This document shows positions 6,781 through 16,804 of a stretch of 62,314 nucleotides of DNA, one piece after another. How positions within the stretch are numbered: the stretch's first letter is position 1; the number at the start of each line of letters is the position of its first letter. The stretch covers positions 1 to 62,314 of the forward strand of contig CACYNF010000003.1 of assembly GCA_902775595.1 (NCBI GenBank). Direction: 5' to 3'. A program made the translations under genes and the position numbers. Source of the stretch: an uncultured bacterium (GTDB lineage Bacteria; Verrucomicrobiota; Kiritimatiellia; RFP12; UBA1067). The notes under the pieces were generated by a model. The model searched no databases. It was not told the origin of the DNA and saw only the letters and a program-made list of their open reading frames with translations.

Positions 6781-9263
6781 CACTTTCCAAGCCGAAACTT
6801 GGCGGAAAGAAGCGAGAAAATTCGGTCGGGGTGCGACTCCCAAAGCGGCGGCTGCCCGTTTAGTCCGTAAATGCAGTCGTCTGAAAGTTTTTCCCACGTC
6901 TCGTTCAGCTCCGGGCCAAGAATCTTTGCGATGGATTCGATCTTGGCGACCATCGCCACCGCGCAGGCAAGGTCGCCAGCGGCAGAAAGCCAAGGCCCGT
7001 CCGCGCCCTTTTCCTCTACAAAACGCCGTGCCGCGAGAAGCGCGACTTCCTTCATCACCGCCTCGGCCTTGCTGGCGCGCGAAGGATCCGCAAGCCGAAT
7101 CACCTCGAGCGAGGCGTTCATCTGCAGAAACGAATACCCGGGCATCTGCCACTTCCGCTCCTGCTCGGAAAGCTTCGACACGCCCCAAGACTGCTCTATC
7201 GCCTCGTCGACGAATTTCTCGTACGCCTCGCGGTGGCGCTCGTCGCCAGTCGTCTTCCACGCCGCGGCGTACACCATCGGCAGCCGCGCCGCCTCGTGAG
7301 GATGTACATTCCACATCTTGAGGACTCCCTTCGCGTCCTGCCTCCCGTCCGCGTCAAGCGCGTTCCATCCGTTCGTCTCGGTGACGTTTGCAATCATCCT
7401 GTCGGCAAGCGCGGCAAATGCGCCGCGTATCGCGTCCTTCTCATCGCGTGACGCCATCCCGCTCTCGTAGTAACGATAGAGTCCGTGTACGAAGTGGGTG
7501 ATCTGGTCGCGCGAAGAGCCCCTGTTCACCGTTATACCGTCGCGCGACACGCCGCGGCACACATAGCCGGGGATCCTCGTGCCAAGCGAGAGAAGCGCCC
7601 TTGCGACGCCCTTCGCGCGCTCCGCGTCGTATTTGTCGACGAGCGCTGAAAGCGCGAGCCCAGCGATAATCGCGCAATCCTCTGTATCGTCCTCGCCAGC
7701 GCCGAGGAAAAGACCCGTCGCCTTGGAGCGGAACGTCGACGCGTGCGCCCAGGTCGCGGCGAAAGTGTCGAACTGGTACGGGATGCGGCAGCGAACGACC
7801 TCGTTGCCGTCGAACACGTTGTATTTCGGCAGGCGCGGCTCGTCATCCATTATCTTCGCGAGCTTCGGATACCTTCCCGCCCACGGCTCGGAGCGGTAGC
7901 CGAGATCATCGGCCTTCTTCACGAGGTTCCAGCTCGGATCGTCCGGATTGTTCCAGTGCTGCGTCCAGGTGACCCCGCGGTCGTCGAGGTGGATCGCGAT
8001 GTCGCAGTCTACCATCTTGTTCCCGACGACGACGTTCTCTCGTCCGCCGCCGAGCATCACGGCGCAGCCCGCGCGCTCGAAGACGTTGCTTGCTACCGTA
8101 TCGCCGCAGTCGCAGTCGTCAAGGTACACGCCCATCGTGAAGACGTCGCGGCTCTTGCCGTTCGAGACCGTGCGCCCGAGGTCGTGGATGCGGTTTCCGA
8201 CGACCTTGTTGCCCTGGCTAGTCCAGTCGCGCCCAGTGTAAAGCGCACCCGCGTCGCCCGTCTCCTTCACGACGTCGAAGATGTCGTTCCCTTCGATCAG
8301 ATGCTCGTTGCCGCCGTAGATGATCGCCGAATGGGGCGCGTCGTGGATGCGACAGCCGACGACCTCGTTGCCGCAGCCGTGCATCGCGACGCCAGGCGCG
8401 TATACGCGCTGCAGGAGGGCGAAGCGCGAGATGTCGCACCCGACGACGCGGTTGCCGCCCTTCGCGAGCGTGCGCCTGTTGCCACCGTTAAGCGCGACGC
8501 CCCTCCGCCCGACGTTGCGTACGACGCAGTTTGAGATGACGACCCCTTCGCAGTCCCCGGCGATGTCGATGCCGTCTCCGGCAACGCATTCAATCGTGCA
8601 ATCCGCCACGAGAACGTCGCGGCAGTCGCGGAGCACGAGTCCCGCGCCGCCGCCAAACGCGATCGTTTTCCCTCGCACGACCTCGCCGCGCCGGTGTTCG
8701 AGAAGCAAGACCGGCTCGTCGCCCCAGGCGATCGTCACCGGATTGGACGCGATATCGCCCCCGGGCGGGATAAAGAAAAGCGTGCTTCCCTCGACAAGCC
8801 ATTCGCCCTCGGTGTCGAGGAAGCTCCTGTGGCCGACGGCGTAGAACCGACGCTTCTTCTGGCCCCAGCTCGTCTTGCCGATGCCGAACACGTGCTTGTC
8901 CTTGAACCGCGCGACGCCGTTCGAGACGGACGCGACGCGCAGTATCTCGAAAGCCCAGTCGTGCGTCCAGTAGCCTGCGAGCGAATAGCCGGAATCTGGC
9001 AGGCCCGCGGCAGTCACGTTGTCCTCTCCTTCGAAAGTGAACCACGAGCCCTCCTCGGGTTCGCGTGCAAGCGTCATCGGAGCGCTTCCGAAGTATAAAG
9101 ACGGGTGGCGAGGGACATTCGTCCAACCGCCGCTATGGTATTCATCGGGAGTGACGCTGATGCCAATCCCAGAGAGGTCGCACGACCAGACGCCGTTCTC
9201 GCCTTTAACAAAAGAATCGGCGGGGAGAATCGCGGAAGCCGCCAGAAGAAATGTTGCTATCAT
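6780..9263 (-). CDS. Secreted right-handed parallel beta-helix (PbH1) protein with a C-terminal alpha-helical, six-hairpin-like domain; probable glycan-active enzyme
   Basis: 827-aa ORF with short signal MIATFLLAASAILPA. PbH1-like repeats (VISNCVVRNVGRRGVALNGGN, VVGCRIHDAPHSAIIYGGN, VVGNRIHDLG, VASNVFERAGCAVMLGGG). The C-terminal 330 aa are helix-rich. Confidence 0.8.
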   Translation of the reverse strand: MIATFLLAASAILPADSFVKGENGVWSCDLSGIGISVTPDEYHSGGWTNVPRHPSLYFGSAPMTLAREPEEGSWFTFEGEDNVTAAGLPDSGYSLAGYWTHDWAFEILRVASVSNGVARFKDKHVFGIGKTSWGQKKRRFYAVGHRSFLDTEGEWLVEGSTLFFIPPGGDIASNPVTIAWGDEPVLLLEHRRGEVVRGKTIAFGGGAGLVLRDCRDVLVADCTIECVAGDGIDIAGDCEGVVISNCVVRNVGRRGVALNGGNRRTLAKGGNRVVGCDISRFALLQRVYAPGVAMHGCGNEVVGCRIHDAPHSAIIYGGNEHLIEGNDIFDVVKETGDAGALYTGRDWTSQGNKVVGNRIHDLGRTVSNGKSRDVFTMGVYLDDCDCGDTVASNVFERAGCAVMLGGGRENVVVGNKMVDCDIAIHLDDRGVTWTQHWNNPDDPSWNLVKKADDLGYRSEPWAGRYPKLAKIMDDEPRLPKYNVFDGNEVVRCRIPYQFDTFAATWAHASTFRSKATGLFLGAGEDDTEDCAIIAGLALSALVDKYDAERAKGVARALLSLGTRIPGYVCRGVSRDGITVNRGSSRDQITHFVHGLYRYYESGMASRDEKDAIRGAFAALADRMIANVTETNGWNALDADGRQDAKGVLKMWNVHPHEAARLPMVYAAAWKTTGDERHREAYEKFVDEAIEQSWGVSKLSEQERKWQMPGYSFLQMNASLEVIRLADPSRASKAEAVMKEVALLAARRFVEEKGADGPWLSAAGDLACAVAMVAKIESIAKILGPELNETWEKLSDDCIYGLNGQPPLWESHPDRIFSLLSAKFRLGK

Positions 9264-9269
9264 GGTTTC

Positions 9270-9278
9270 ATTATACCA
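9270..9278 (-). promoter_or_regulatory. Extended -10 promoter of the beta-helix gene; implies a leaderless mRNA
   Basis: Sense strand TGGTATAAT-gaaacc-ATG: only 6 nt separate the -10 hexamer from ATG 9263. Confidence 0.55.
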
Positions 9279-9296
9279 AAACCGCGCGACGGCAAT

Positions 9297-9312
9297 CTAT
9301 ACAATAGTATAG
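9297..9312. promoter_or_regulatory. Perfect palindrome CTATAC-AATA-GTATAG between divergent promoters; candidate shared operator
   Basis: Read directly. It lies between the -10 elements at 9270..9278 (-) and 9332..9340 (+), over both predicted -35 regions. Confidence 0.5.
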
Positions 9313-9331
9313 AGACCGCGATGCACCTCTT

Positions 9332-9340
9332 TGATATAAT
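9332..9340 (+). promoter_or_regulatory. Extended -10 promoter of the esterase-glycosidase gene
   Basis: TGATATAAT on the + strand, ending 23 nt before ATG 9364; an AAGGGGA Shine-Dalgarno lies in between. Confidence 0.55.
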
Positions 9341-9363
9341 AAGGCCAACACAAGGGGACTACA

Positions 9364-11619
9364 ATGAACAACAAGCTTGCCAACTTCGCACCACTCCTGT
9401 TCCTTGCCTTCGCCACGCGCGCCGCCGTTCCATACGGCGCCGCGCCGCAGCAGACCGGCGATCTTCTACTGCCGTCCGGCGAAATCACTGCCGCGACGCC
9501 GAAAATCCTCTTGATACACGGCGGCGGATGGACTTCCGAAAAATACCTTCGCGGCACGCTCTCCGACGAAGCCGCGCTTTTCCGCGACGCCGGCTTCGCG
9601 GTCTACAACATCGACTACCGCCTCGCGCCCGCAGCCGCCTGGCCGCTGATCGGAGACGACTGCCTTGCGGCAGCGAGGAAACTCGTCTCGTGCGAGGGGA
9701 TGCCGGAACTTGCCGCCGCGACTGGAAAGCCAATCGCCGTGCTCGGCGTCTCGGCTGGCGGGCATCTCGCGCTCATGACGGGGCTCAGGCTCCCGCGCAA
9801 AGACGTGCTTGGCGTAATCTCCGTTTCAGGCATCGCAGACCCGGAGCAGGATTCAAAAGACCACCCCGCCCGCTATGAGGCGCTTTTCGCGGGCGGGCCG
9901 ACAGATCCCAAGGCGTTCCCCGAAGCGCACCTCTCGCCCGATGCGCCGCCGATCCTCTTCACCCATTGCTGGAACGACACGGTCGTTCCGATCGTCTCTC
10001 CGATCAAGCTCGCTCGCGCGATGACCGACCGCAAGCTCCACGCCGAGACATACTTCTACGACTTCGAGCGGACGAACCAAGGGCACGCGATCTGGGACGT
10101 CTCCAACAATAAACGTCACGTTCTCTATCCCGACATCCACGAGCGATGCCTCAAGTTCCTGCGCGACGTGCGCGGACTACCGCAGCCGCTTCCATCCTCC
10201 GCAAACCCCAAGTTCCTCGGCAAGCTCCGCGACATATCCGCCGCGGAAGTAAAAGACAGCGGCGTCTCGATTGGCTTCGAGTGTCTCGACCGCGACCTCT
10301 TCGATCCCGAGCCATGCTACGACCGCATCGCCTCGATCGGCGTGAAGAACGCCCGAGTCCAGACCGGCTGGTGGAAATGCGAAAAGGAGAAAGGCGTCTA
10401 CGACTGGACCTGGCTCGACGGCATAGTCGGCAACCTCGAAAAGCGCGGAATCAAGGTGTGGTTCAACGTCGGCTTCGGCAACAAGCTCTACATGACAAAC
10501 ACCTTCGGAGAGGCGTCGGTCGGCTTCGTGCCGATACACTACGGGCCCGAGTGCGAACAGGCGTGGAAGAACTACTGCCGTGCGCTCGCCGAGCACTACA
10601 GGGGGCGTGTGGACCGCTTCGAGATATGGAACGAAGTGAACGGCAAGGGATTCTGGCGGCCCAAGGACCCGAACGCGACGGAGTATGCGCGACTCGTCGC
10701 GATCACGGCCGCCGCGATCCGCGAGGCACAGCCAGACGCGAAGTGCGGCGGATGCGTGATGAGCTTCCCGACGCCGTTCCTCGACGAGTTCAAGCGTGCC
10801 GGCGGGCTCGCCCATCTGGATTTCTTCTTGTTCCACCCCTACGACCCGCGCCCCGAGTCGGGCTGGCCTGACCGCGTGAAGTGGCTGCGCCCCTTCTTCC
10901 ACGGCGCAGGCCGCGGCGGGAAAGACGTCGAAATCTGGCAGGGAGAGAGCGGCTTCGCATCGTGGACGCCGAAAAAGTACTGGCAGCCGCGCATCATCCG
11001 CGAAAGCGAACGCGCACAGGCCGTATGGCTCCTGCGCCGCTATGTGCTGGACTTCTCGTTAGGCATCCCGCTCTCCTCGTATTTCCAGACCGCCGACATG
11101 ATGAAAAAAGGCTACCAGATGGGGAACTCAGAACAGAGTGCGTTCAATGTCGCGCGGCAGGGTGTGCTAAATGGCCTCACATACACGCCGAAACCGGCGT
11201 ACCGCGCCCTCGCAAGCATCGCCGCGGTGTTCCGCGACGGGGTCAGGCCAGACGCCAGGGCCGTCTTCTCCGCGACACGCGAAACCGCCCCCTCCGACAA
11301 GACGCCACCGGACGGCGCGACGATCCGCTGCCTCGCCTTCACGCGAGGCCCAGCGCCGCTTTGCGTCTACTACATGTCGACCGACCCGCAACGAGCGTGG
11401 AGCGACAAGACCGCCCGCACGTCGCTTCGAATCGAGGTAAACGACTACACGTCCGCCATCCGCTCGCCGGTCCTCGTAAACCTGCTCACGGGAGACGTCT
11501 TCGAGATTTCACTCCGCACCGATCCCGCCGTGCCAGGCGCGATCTTCATCGACAATCTCCCGCTCTCCGACGCGCCGATGCTAGTCTGCGACCGCTCTGC
11601 GATAGAGCTCGGCCGCTGA
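9364..11619 (+). CDS. Secreted fusion: alpha/beta-hydrolase esterase domain plus clan GH-A (TIM-barrel) glycoside hydrolase domain
   Basis: Signal MNNKLANFAPLLFLAFATRAA. Esterase motifs LLIHGGGW (HGGG oxyanion hole) and GVSAGGHLA (GxSxG). Glycosidase motifs FEIWNEVNG (acid/base NE) and IWQGESGF (nucleophile E). Confidence 0.8.
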   Translation: MNNKLANFAPLLFLAFATRAAVPYGAAPQQTGDLLLPSGEITAATPKILLIHGGGWTSEKYLRGTLSDEAALFRDAGFAVYNIDYRLAPAAAWPLIGDDCLAAARKLVSCEGMPELAAATGKPIAVLGVSAGGHLALMTGLRLPRKDVLGVISVSGIADPEQDSKDHPARYEALFAGGPTDPKAFPEAHLSPDAPPILFTHCWNDTVVPIVSPIKLARAMTDRKLHAETYFYDFERTNQGHAIWDVSNNKRHVLYPDIHERCLKFLRDVRGLPQPLPSSANPKFLGKLRDISAAEVKDSGVSIGFECLDRDLFDPEPCYDRIASIGVKNARVQTGWWKCEKEKGVYDWTWLDGIVGNLEKRGIKVWFNVGFGNKLYMTNTFGEASVGFVPIHYGPECEQAWKNYCRALAEHYRGRVDRFEIWNEVNGKGFWRPKDPNATEYARLVAITAAAIREAQPDAKCGGCVMSFPTPFLDEFKRAGGLAHLDFFLFHPYDPRPESGWPDRVKWLRPFFHGAGRGGKDVEIWQGESGFASWTPKKYWQPRIIRESERAQAVWLLRRYVLDFSLGIPLSSYFQTADMMKKGYQMGNSEQSAFNVARQGVLNGLTYTPKPAYRALASIAAVFRDGVRPDARAVFSATRETAPSDKTPPDGATIRCLAFTRGPAPLCVYYMSTDPQRAWSDKTARTSLRIEVNDYTSAIRSPVLVNLLTGDVFEISLRTDPAVPGAIFIDNLPLSDAPMLVCDRSAIELGR

Positions 11620-11623
11620 CCCG

Positions 11624-13054
11624 TCAGAACGCGAAGTCGATCTGCCAGCGGAAGAAGTAGCCGGGCTTGTCGGTGTCGTAGTAGTCGCCCGGATTGAAGA
11701 GCTCGGCTATGACGTGCCCGTAGATCTCGAAGCGCTCGCCCTTGTCCTTGGCGGGCGTCCAGATAGGGAACGTGTAGAGGGCGCGAGAGAAAAGCCCCTT
11801 GAAGCGGCCGTTGCCGCCGCCGACACCGTCGCGATCTGCCGCGAAGACAGGTCCGGTGGAGACTACGACCTTGTGGCGAGGCGCGAACTCCACGCCGCCC
11901 CAGAGCTTGAGGTAGTGCTGGTTAGACCACCAGCCGACGCCGTCATGCGTTCCGTAGAGATACATCTCCGATTCAATCGCGTCACGGCCCCACATCGGGT
12001 CCCACTTGCCGCTCATGTAGCGGTAGTCCGCGCCGCAGAGGGGCTTCCAGCCATCGCGCGAGCTCTTCCAGTTGATTCCGGCGAAACCGCTCCACTCGCC
12101 GCACCTCTGGTACATCAAGTCGAAATCGGCTTTGACCGTCTCGGAAAGCCGCGGCTGGACGCGCGCGCCGATGAGATCCGTGCGGCGGCTTCTCTGGGGG
12201 CTCTGCGTCTCGCGCAGGCGCTTGGTAACGGCGAACACCTGGTATTCAAGCCAATCCACGGGCTTCTGCCCCCACACGACGCCCGCGCCCCAGTCGTCCT
12301 GGTTGCCCGAGCCGTCGGGGAAGCGCGACGAGAGCGAGGAGAGGCGATGGCGATCGTCGCCGATGCGGAAGTCGCTCGCCGAGTCGAAGTTGTAGAGCCC
12401 GAAGACGTCGAGCGTCGAGGTTTCGGTCACGTGGAACCTGACGGACGCCATGTCTGTGTAGAGCGTACGCGACCCGTCGCCCGGAGTGCCGTCGACGAAA
12501 ATGCGGTCAAGCCCGCAGAGTCCGCGCAGGTTCTGGCGGCCGACCTTGAGATCAAGAAAGCCGTCAAAGACACCCAGTCCCTCGACGTAGAGATTGTCGA
12601 GGACGATTTCGCCCGGCCACGCAGTCGTGCGGTTCGCAGGCCGGCTGTTCCAGCGGAACTCGTCTGTGAGACGGCCATAGAGAGTCCAGAGACCTGCCGA
12701 GCCAGCATCGCCCTTCAGCTCGGCCCAGACGCGCGGGCGGAAGCGAATGTGGTTGCGGTAGCCAGACTCACGGAAACGGAACGCGCGGAAGCCACCATAT
12801 GGGTTCCCAGGGACATGGTCCATTATCTCCTGGCGGATGCGAAGGTCCGCGCCAGCGTTGAAGCTAAGCCCCGAGTCGTCGGATTCCTGGACAACGGCTT
12901 CAGGTGCAGTCGCTGCCGGGATGGCGACTTCCGAAGCAGTAGGTTCAGAAGCAGTGGCTTTCGGGGCTGCGGACTCTTGATCGGCCGCCGCGCAGTGAGA
13001 GAAAAGCGCGAGCGCGGCGCTCGCAACGCAAATGCCGCGGAAGGGAATCGTCAT
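11624..13054 (-). CDS. Outer-membrane beta-barrel porin, alginate-export-like
   Basis: Signal MTIPFRGICVASAALALFSHCAAA; DLRIRQE block near the N-terminus; alternating beta-strand pattern; terminal ...WQIDFAF (C-terminal Phe typical of OMPs). Confidence 0.65.
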   Translation of the reverse strand: MTIPFRGICVASAALALFSHCAAADQESAAPKATASEPTASEVAIPAATAPEAVVQESDDSGLSFNAGADLRIRQEIMDHVPGNPYGGFRAFRFRESGYRNHIRFRPRVWAELKGDAGSAGLWTLYGRLTDEFRWNSRPANRTTAWPGEIVLDNLYVEGLGVFDGFLDLKVGRQNLRGLCGLDRIFVDGTPGDGSRTLYTDMASVRFHVTETSTLDVFGLYNFDSASDFRIGDDRHRLSSLSSRFPDGSGNQDDWGAGVVWGQKPVDWLEYQVFAVTKRLRETQSPQRSRRTDLIGARVQPRLSETVKADFDLMYQRCGEWSGFAGINWKSSRDGWKPLCGADYRYMSGKWDPMWGRDAIESEMYLYGTHDGVGWWSNQHYLKLWGGVEFAPRHKVVVSTGPVFAADRDGVGGGNGRFKGLFSRALYTFPIWTPAKDKGERFEIYGHVIAELFNPGDYYDTDKPGYFFRWQIDFAF

Positions 13055-13070
13055 GCGGGGTGTACCTTTC

Positions 13071-14372
13071 TTACTTGACGGGTTCGAGGCGTTCCTTGCC
13101 GCCCATGTAGGGGCGGAGAACCTCGGGAATCGTCACCGAGCCGTCGGCGTTCAGGTGCTGCTCAAGGAGCGCGACAACGAGGCGCGGCAGGGCGACGCCA
13201 GAGCCGTTCAGCGTGTGGACGAGCTTCGTCTTGCCGTCCGCGTCCTTGAAGCGGCAGTTGAGGCGCCGCGCCTGGTAGTCGGTGAAGCAGCTGCAGGAGC
13301 TGACTTCAAGCCACTGCTGCTCGCCGGGAGCCCAAAGCTCAAGGTCGTAGCACTTCGCGGCCGAGAAGCCCATGTCGCCAGAAGAGAGCATGATCACGCG
13401 GAACGCAAGGCCGAGCCCGGTGAGGACTTCCTCCGCTTCCTTCACGAGCGTCTCGAGCTGCTGGAACGAGACGGAAGGATGCACGAAGTTTACCATCTCG
13501 ACCTTGTCGAACTGGTGGACGCGCAGCATGCCGCGCGTCATCTTGCCGGCAGACCCCGCCTCGCGACGGAAGCACGGCGTGTAGGCCGTGAGCTTGACCG
13601 GGCTCTCGGGGGTGATCTTCGGGAGGTTCACGCCGTCGAAGATGTCGTCGCGGTAGTAGTTGGTGACAGGCACCTCAGCCGTCGGGATTAGCCAGAAGTC
13701 GTCGATCTGGCAGTGGTAGAGGTCTTCCGCGAACTTCGGGAGCTGGCCAGTGCCCGTCATCGAGTCGCTGTTCACGACGAAAGGCGGCAGCATCTCGGTA
13801 TATCCCTGCTTCTGGCAGTGGAGGTCGAGCATGTACTGGATGAGCGCGCGCTGAAGCTTCGCGCCCTGGCCGAGAATCACGGGGAAGCCCGTGCCCGTGA
13901 GCTTCACGCCGCGCGGGAAGTCGAAGATTCCGAGCTTTTCGCCGATCTCGATGTGCGTCGGGATCTTGAAGTCGGGGTCCTTCCACTCGCCGACCATGCG
14001 GACGACCTTGTTCGTCGAGCTGTCGGGGCCGGTCGGGATCTCTGGGGCGGGGATGTTCGGGATCATCAGAAGCGTCTCGCGGAGATCGTGGTCGACCTGC
14101 GCGAGCTCCTTGTCGATCTCGGCTATGCGGTCGCCGACCTTGCGCATCTCGTCCTTCGCGGCCGCGATGTCTCCGCCGGAAGCCGCGATCTTGCCGATTT
14201 CCTTCGAGGCGGCGTTGCGCTTCGCCTTCAGCGTCTCGGTCTCGGCGATGAGCGCGCGGCGCTTCGCGTCGAGGTCCCTCGCCTTCTGCAGTTTCTCTAT
14301 CTCGACTCCGCGGCGGCCAAGCTCGGCCGCAGTCGCGTCGAATTCATCCCTCAGCTTCTTGATGTCGATCAT
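13071..14372 (-). CDS. serS: Serine--tRNA ligase
   Basis: 433 aa. N-terminal coiled-coil MIDIKKLRDEFD...; class II motifs FRREAGSAG and TLNGSGVALPR. Confidence 0.97.
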   Translation of the reverse strand: MIDIKKLRDEFDATAAELGRRGVEIEKLQKARDLDAKRRALIAETETLKAKRNAASKEIGKIAASGGDIAAAKDEMRKVGDRIAEIDKELAQVDHDLRETLLMIPNIPAPEIPTGPDSSTNKVVRMVGEWKDPDFKIPTHIEIGEKLGIFDFPRGVKLTGTGFPVILGQGAKLQRALIQYMLDLHCQKQGYTEMLPPFVVNSDSMTGTGQLPKFAEDLYHCQIDDFWLIPTAEVPVTNYYRDDIFDGVNLPKITPESPVKLTAYTPCFRREAGSAGKMTRGMLRVHQFDKVEMVNFVHPSVSFQQLETLVKEAEEVLTGLGLAFRVIMLSSGDMGFSAAKCYDLELWAPGEQQWLEVSSCSCFTDYQARRLNCRFKDADGKTKLVHTLNGSGVALPRLVVALLEQHLNADGSVTIPEVLRPYMGGKERLEPVK

Positions 14373-14413
14373 TTTTTCGTTCCTTCGGCGGCCTGTCGCC
14401 GCTTTAGACGGAA

Positions 14414-14422
14414 ATTATACCA
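14414..14422 (-). promoter_or_regulatory. Extended -10 promoter of serS
   Basis: Sense strand TGGTATAAT, ending 41 nt before ATG 14372. The leader contains the hairpin GCGGC-gacag-GCCGC and GAAGGAA. Confidence 0.55.
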
Positions 14423-14560
14423 TAAATCCTCCGCCTTGGAGCATCGAAACAGTCATTGTCGAAACGGTTGCACTCTTGTCCCTCGCGACTACCCGCGACT
14501 CGACTTCGGCGTCCCGCTCGACGTCGGCATCGGCGTCGGCCTATCCTGGCTCGCCGCGCA

Positions 14561-16789
14561 CTATCGCGCGGGGGCGACGGTCTGAAGCCCCTCCGTCAGG
14601 GACGGCTTGGCGGCCGGAAACTTCGCGCAAAGGGATCTGGTCTCGTCCGACAGAGGAATCGACCATTCGGACAAGACAGCCGCCATGTCGGCCTCAACCG
14701 TCGCCGAAAGTTCGCGGGCGAAGGTATTCCAGATGTCCGCATCCGCACGCGGATGCTTCGCCCCCGGGAGGCGATAGCGGGCAAATGTCTTCTTGTAGGC
14801 ATCCCAGCCGTACGCCTCCTTGATACGCAGATACATCTCAAGCGCAAGGAAGTAGTCGTTCTTCCAGTCCTGGAACCTTCGGCCGCGCTTCACCCATTCC
14901 GCCACGCGGCGGCGAGCCTTCTCCGCGCCGCACGGATAGCGTGCGTCGCGCAGATCCGCGCCGACGACCGTCTCAAGCGCGTACATCGTGAAGATGTTCA
15001 CCGTCACCTCCACCGTCCCCTCGGGCGTCCAGTCGCGACTCTGGTGATTGTGCCCTATCTCGTGGTAGACGCCCCAACAGTCCCCGGCCTTGAGGCGCGC
15101 CTGGTCGATTGCCCAGTCGAAGTGCGCCGCATTGATGTGGCTCATGAGCGGATAGCCACTGTGCAGCCAGCCAGCCGTCAGCTGGACGTCGGCGCAGATG
15201 CGTTCGGGCGAACGGCGCGTCTCCCAGCCCGCGAGCTCCTGGTCGGCCTTCAGCACCCTGTCCCAGAACGAGGCGATCCACTGCGGATCGGCGACGCGCC
15301 GCAGGCCGACCGTCTCCGCGGTGACGATGAAGTCCTCGCCCTCGATCTCACCCCAGGGCGCGCCCGTCTCGGCGCATTGCCGCGCGAACTCCGCGTTCGT
15401 GTCGCGCCCGAGCCTGAACCACGGCGCCATGATGCCGCCGTCAAGCTCAACCGTGCTCGAGCCTTCGCGGCCGTCCGGCACGACGATATAGACGAGTCCG
15501 CCGAACGGGGAGGCGAACGTCGTCTCGGTCTTCACGAGCGGCAGCGTCACGGTGACGAGCGGGAAGCGCTTCCATTCGGCCAGTCCGGAAAGGTCGTCGG
15601 CCGTCGAGCCGACGCGGACCTTCAGCCCGAGTTTCGCGGCCGCCGCGTCGATTCGGACCGTGAGCGCCTGCCCCGCCGGCGCGTAGAGGCCGGTCGAGTG
15701 CCAGCGCGGCACCGCGAGGTCGACCGGAACCGTGCGCGTGACGGACGGCGTCCCCGGGCGGGTCAGGCCCGGATAGACCGATGCCGCGGGATCGGCCGGC
15801 CAGACCTTCTCCGGGCAGGCGAGCCAGGCGTTTTTGCGCAAAAGGACGGCAAGCCGGGCAAGGGGCAATCCGGCGTCGAGCGGCCGCTCGGGCGAGGGCT
15901 GGGCGTTCGCCTCGGGACGGGCGGCGAGGGCGGAAAGGCGCGCATGCAGATCGGGACGCACGCCGGAAGGCAGTCCGTTCGCCAGCTCGGAGAGTGTCTT
16001 CACGACCTGCCGCCTCACGGTCTTGTCGCCGAACGCGCCGCGTTCGGCGCGCGCGAGGGCGTCGTCAACGGTCGTACCCGCGCAAAGCGCCGCGAAGTCC
16101 GTCGTAAAGCCGCCCGCCGGCATGCGGTTGACGCCCGTGCTGCCCATGATCGCGCCCAACGCCCCCGTGAGGCGGTTGTCGGCGAACGACTCGGCGAAAC
16201 AGGCGTTGGGGTTGGAATACATATACCCCCAGCCGAGGGATCCGTGAACGAGCCCGCCGCCCTTCTCCACGAACGCGAGAACCGCGGGGATATCCTCGCG
16301 CCGGATGCCATTGAGCGCCAGTACGTCATAGGCGTCCAGTCCAGCTAGGCCGGCGAGGCGCGTGACATTCGTGCAGCCGAGCGCCGTGAACGTCCGGGCA
16401 ACCGCCGGATCGCGCAGCACGGCGATGCGCGGCGCGGGCTTGCCCTTCGCGGTCCACGAGACCGCGTTCTGCAGCAGGCGCTTCGTGTCCTTCAGGAAGT
16501 CCGCCTGCGAGAGAAAGTTCGGATGCGCCAGCAAAACCGCGCGGCCCCGCCCGTAGAACGCAGCCACCGCGGTGAACGCCGTCGTACCGTCGTAGTTGCG
16601 GCATTCCGCAAGCGGGATGATGTCGTCGCCGATGAGGATGTAGCCGCCGGGAATACCCCCGCCCGGCGCATCAATCGCCGACACCCCTTCGACAAGCGCG
16701 GCCCGCGCCGCCGCGCGGTCCGCCTCGGATGCCGCCCACACGCCGGCCGCCAGTGCAGCCGCCACCCACATGCATAACGACCGTCTCAT
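14561..16789 (-). CDS. Secreted M60-like (enhancin/TCAF-type) zinc metallopeptidase; candidate glycoprotein/mucin protease
   Basis: Signal MRRSLCMWVAAALAAGVWA. VYHEIGHNHQSRDWTPEGTVEVTVN is the HEXXH plus downstream Glu signature of M60-like peptidases. About 330-aa N-terminal accessory domain. Confidence 0.8.
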   Translation of the reverse strand: MRRSLCMWVAAALAAGVWAASEADRAAARAALVEGVSAIDAPGGGIPGGYILIGDDIIPLAECRNYDGTTAFTAVAAFYGRGRAVLLAHPNFLSQADFLKDTKRLLQNAVSWTAKGKPAPRIAVLRDPAVARTFTALGCTNVTRLAGLAGLDAYDVLALNGIRREDIPAVLAFVEKGGGLVHGSLGWGYMYSNPNACFAESFADNRLTGALGAIMGSTGVNRMPAGGFTTDFAALCAGTTVDDALARAERGAFGDKTVRRQVVKTLSELANGLPSGVRPDLHARLSALAARPEANAQPSPERPLDAGLPLARLAVLLRKNAWLACPEKVWPADPAASVYPGLTRPGTPSVTRTVPVDLAVPRWHSTGLYAPAGQALTVRIDAAAAKLGLKVRVGSTADDLSGLAEWKRFPLVTVTLPLVKTETTFASPFGGLVYIVVPDGREGSSTVELDGGIMAPWFRLGRDTNAEFARQCAETGAPWGEIEGEDFIVTAETVGLRRVADPQWIASFWDRVLKADQELAGWETRRSPERICADVQLTAGWLHSGYPLMSHINAAHFDWAIDQARLKAGDCWGVYHEIGHNHQSRDWTPEGTVEVTVNIFTMYALETVVGADLRDARYPCGAEKARRRVAEWVKRGRRFQDWKNDYFLALEMYLRIKEAYGWDAYKKTFARYRLPGAKHPRADADIWNTFARELSATVEADMAAVLSEWSIPLSDETRSLCAKFPAAKPSLTEGLQTVAPAR

Positions 16790-16804
16790 CTTCGGAATGC
16801 CGTT

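Noticed and set aside
11612-11630. Palindrome CTGAC-cc-GTCAG formed by the convergent stop codons of the esterase-glycosidase gene and the porin gene, considered as a bidirectional terminator.
   Set aside because: The stem is only 5 bp with a 2-nt loop and has no U/A tracts. It is too weak to call.
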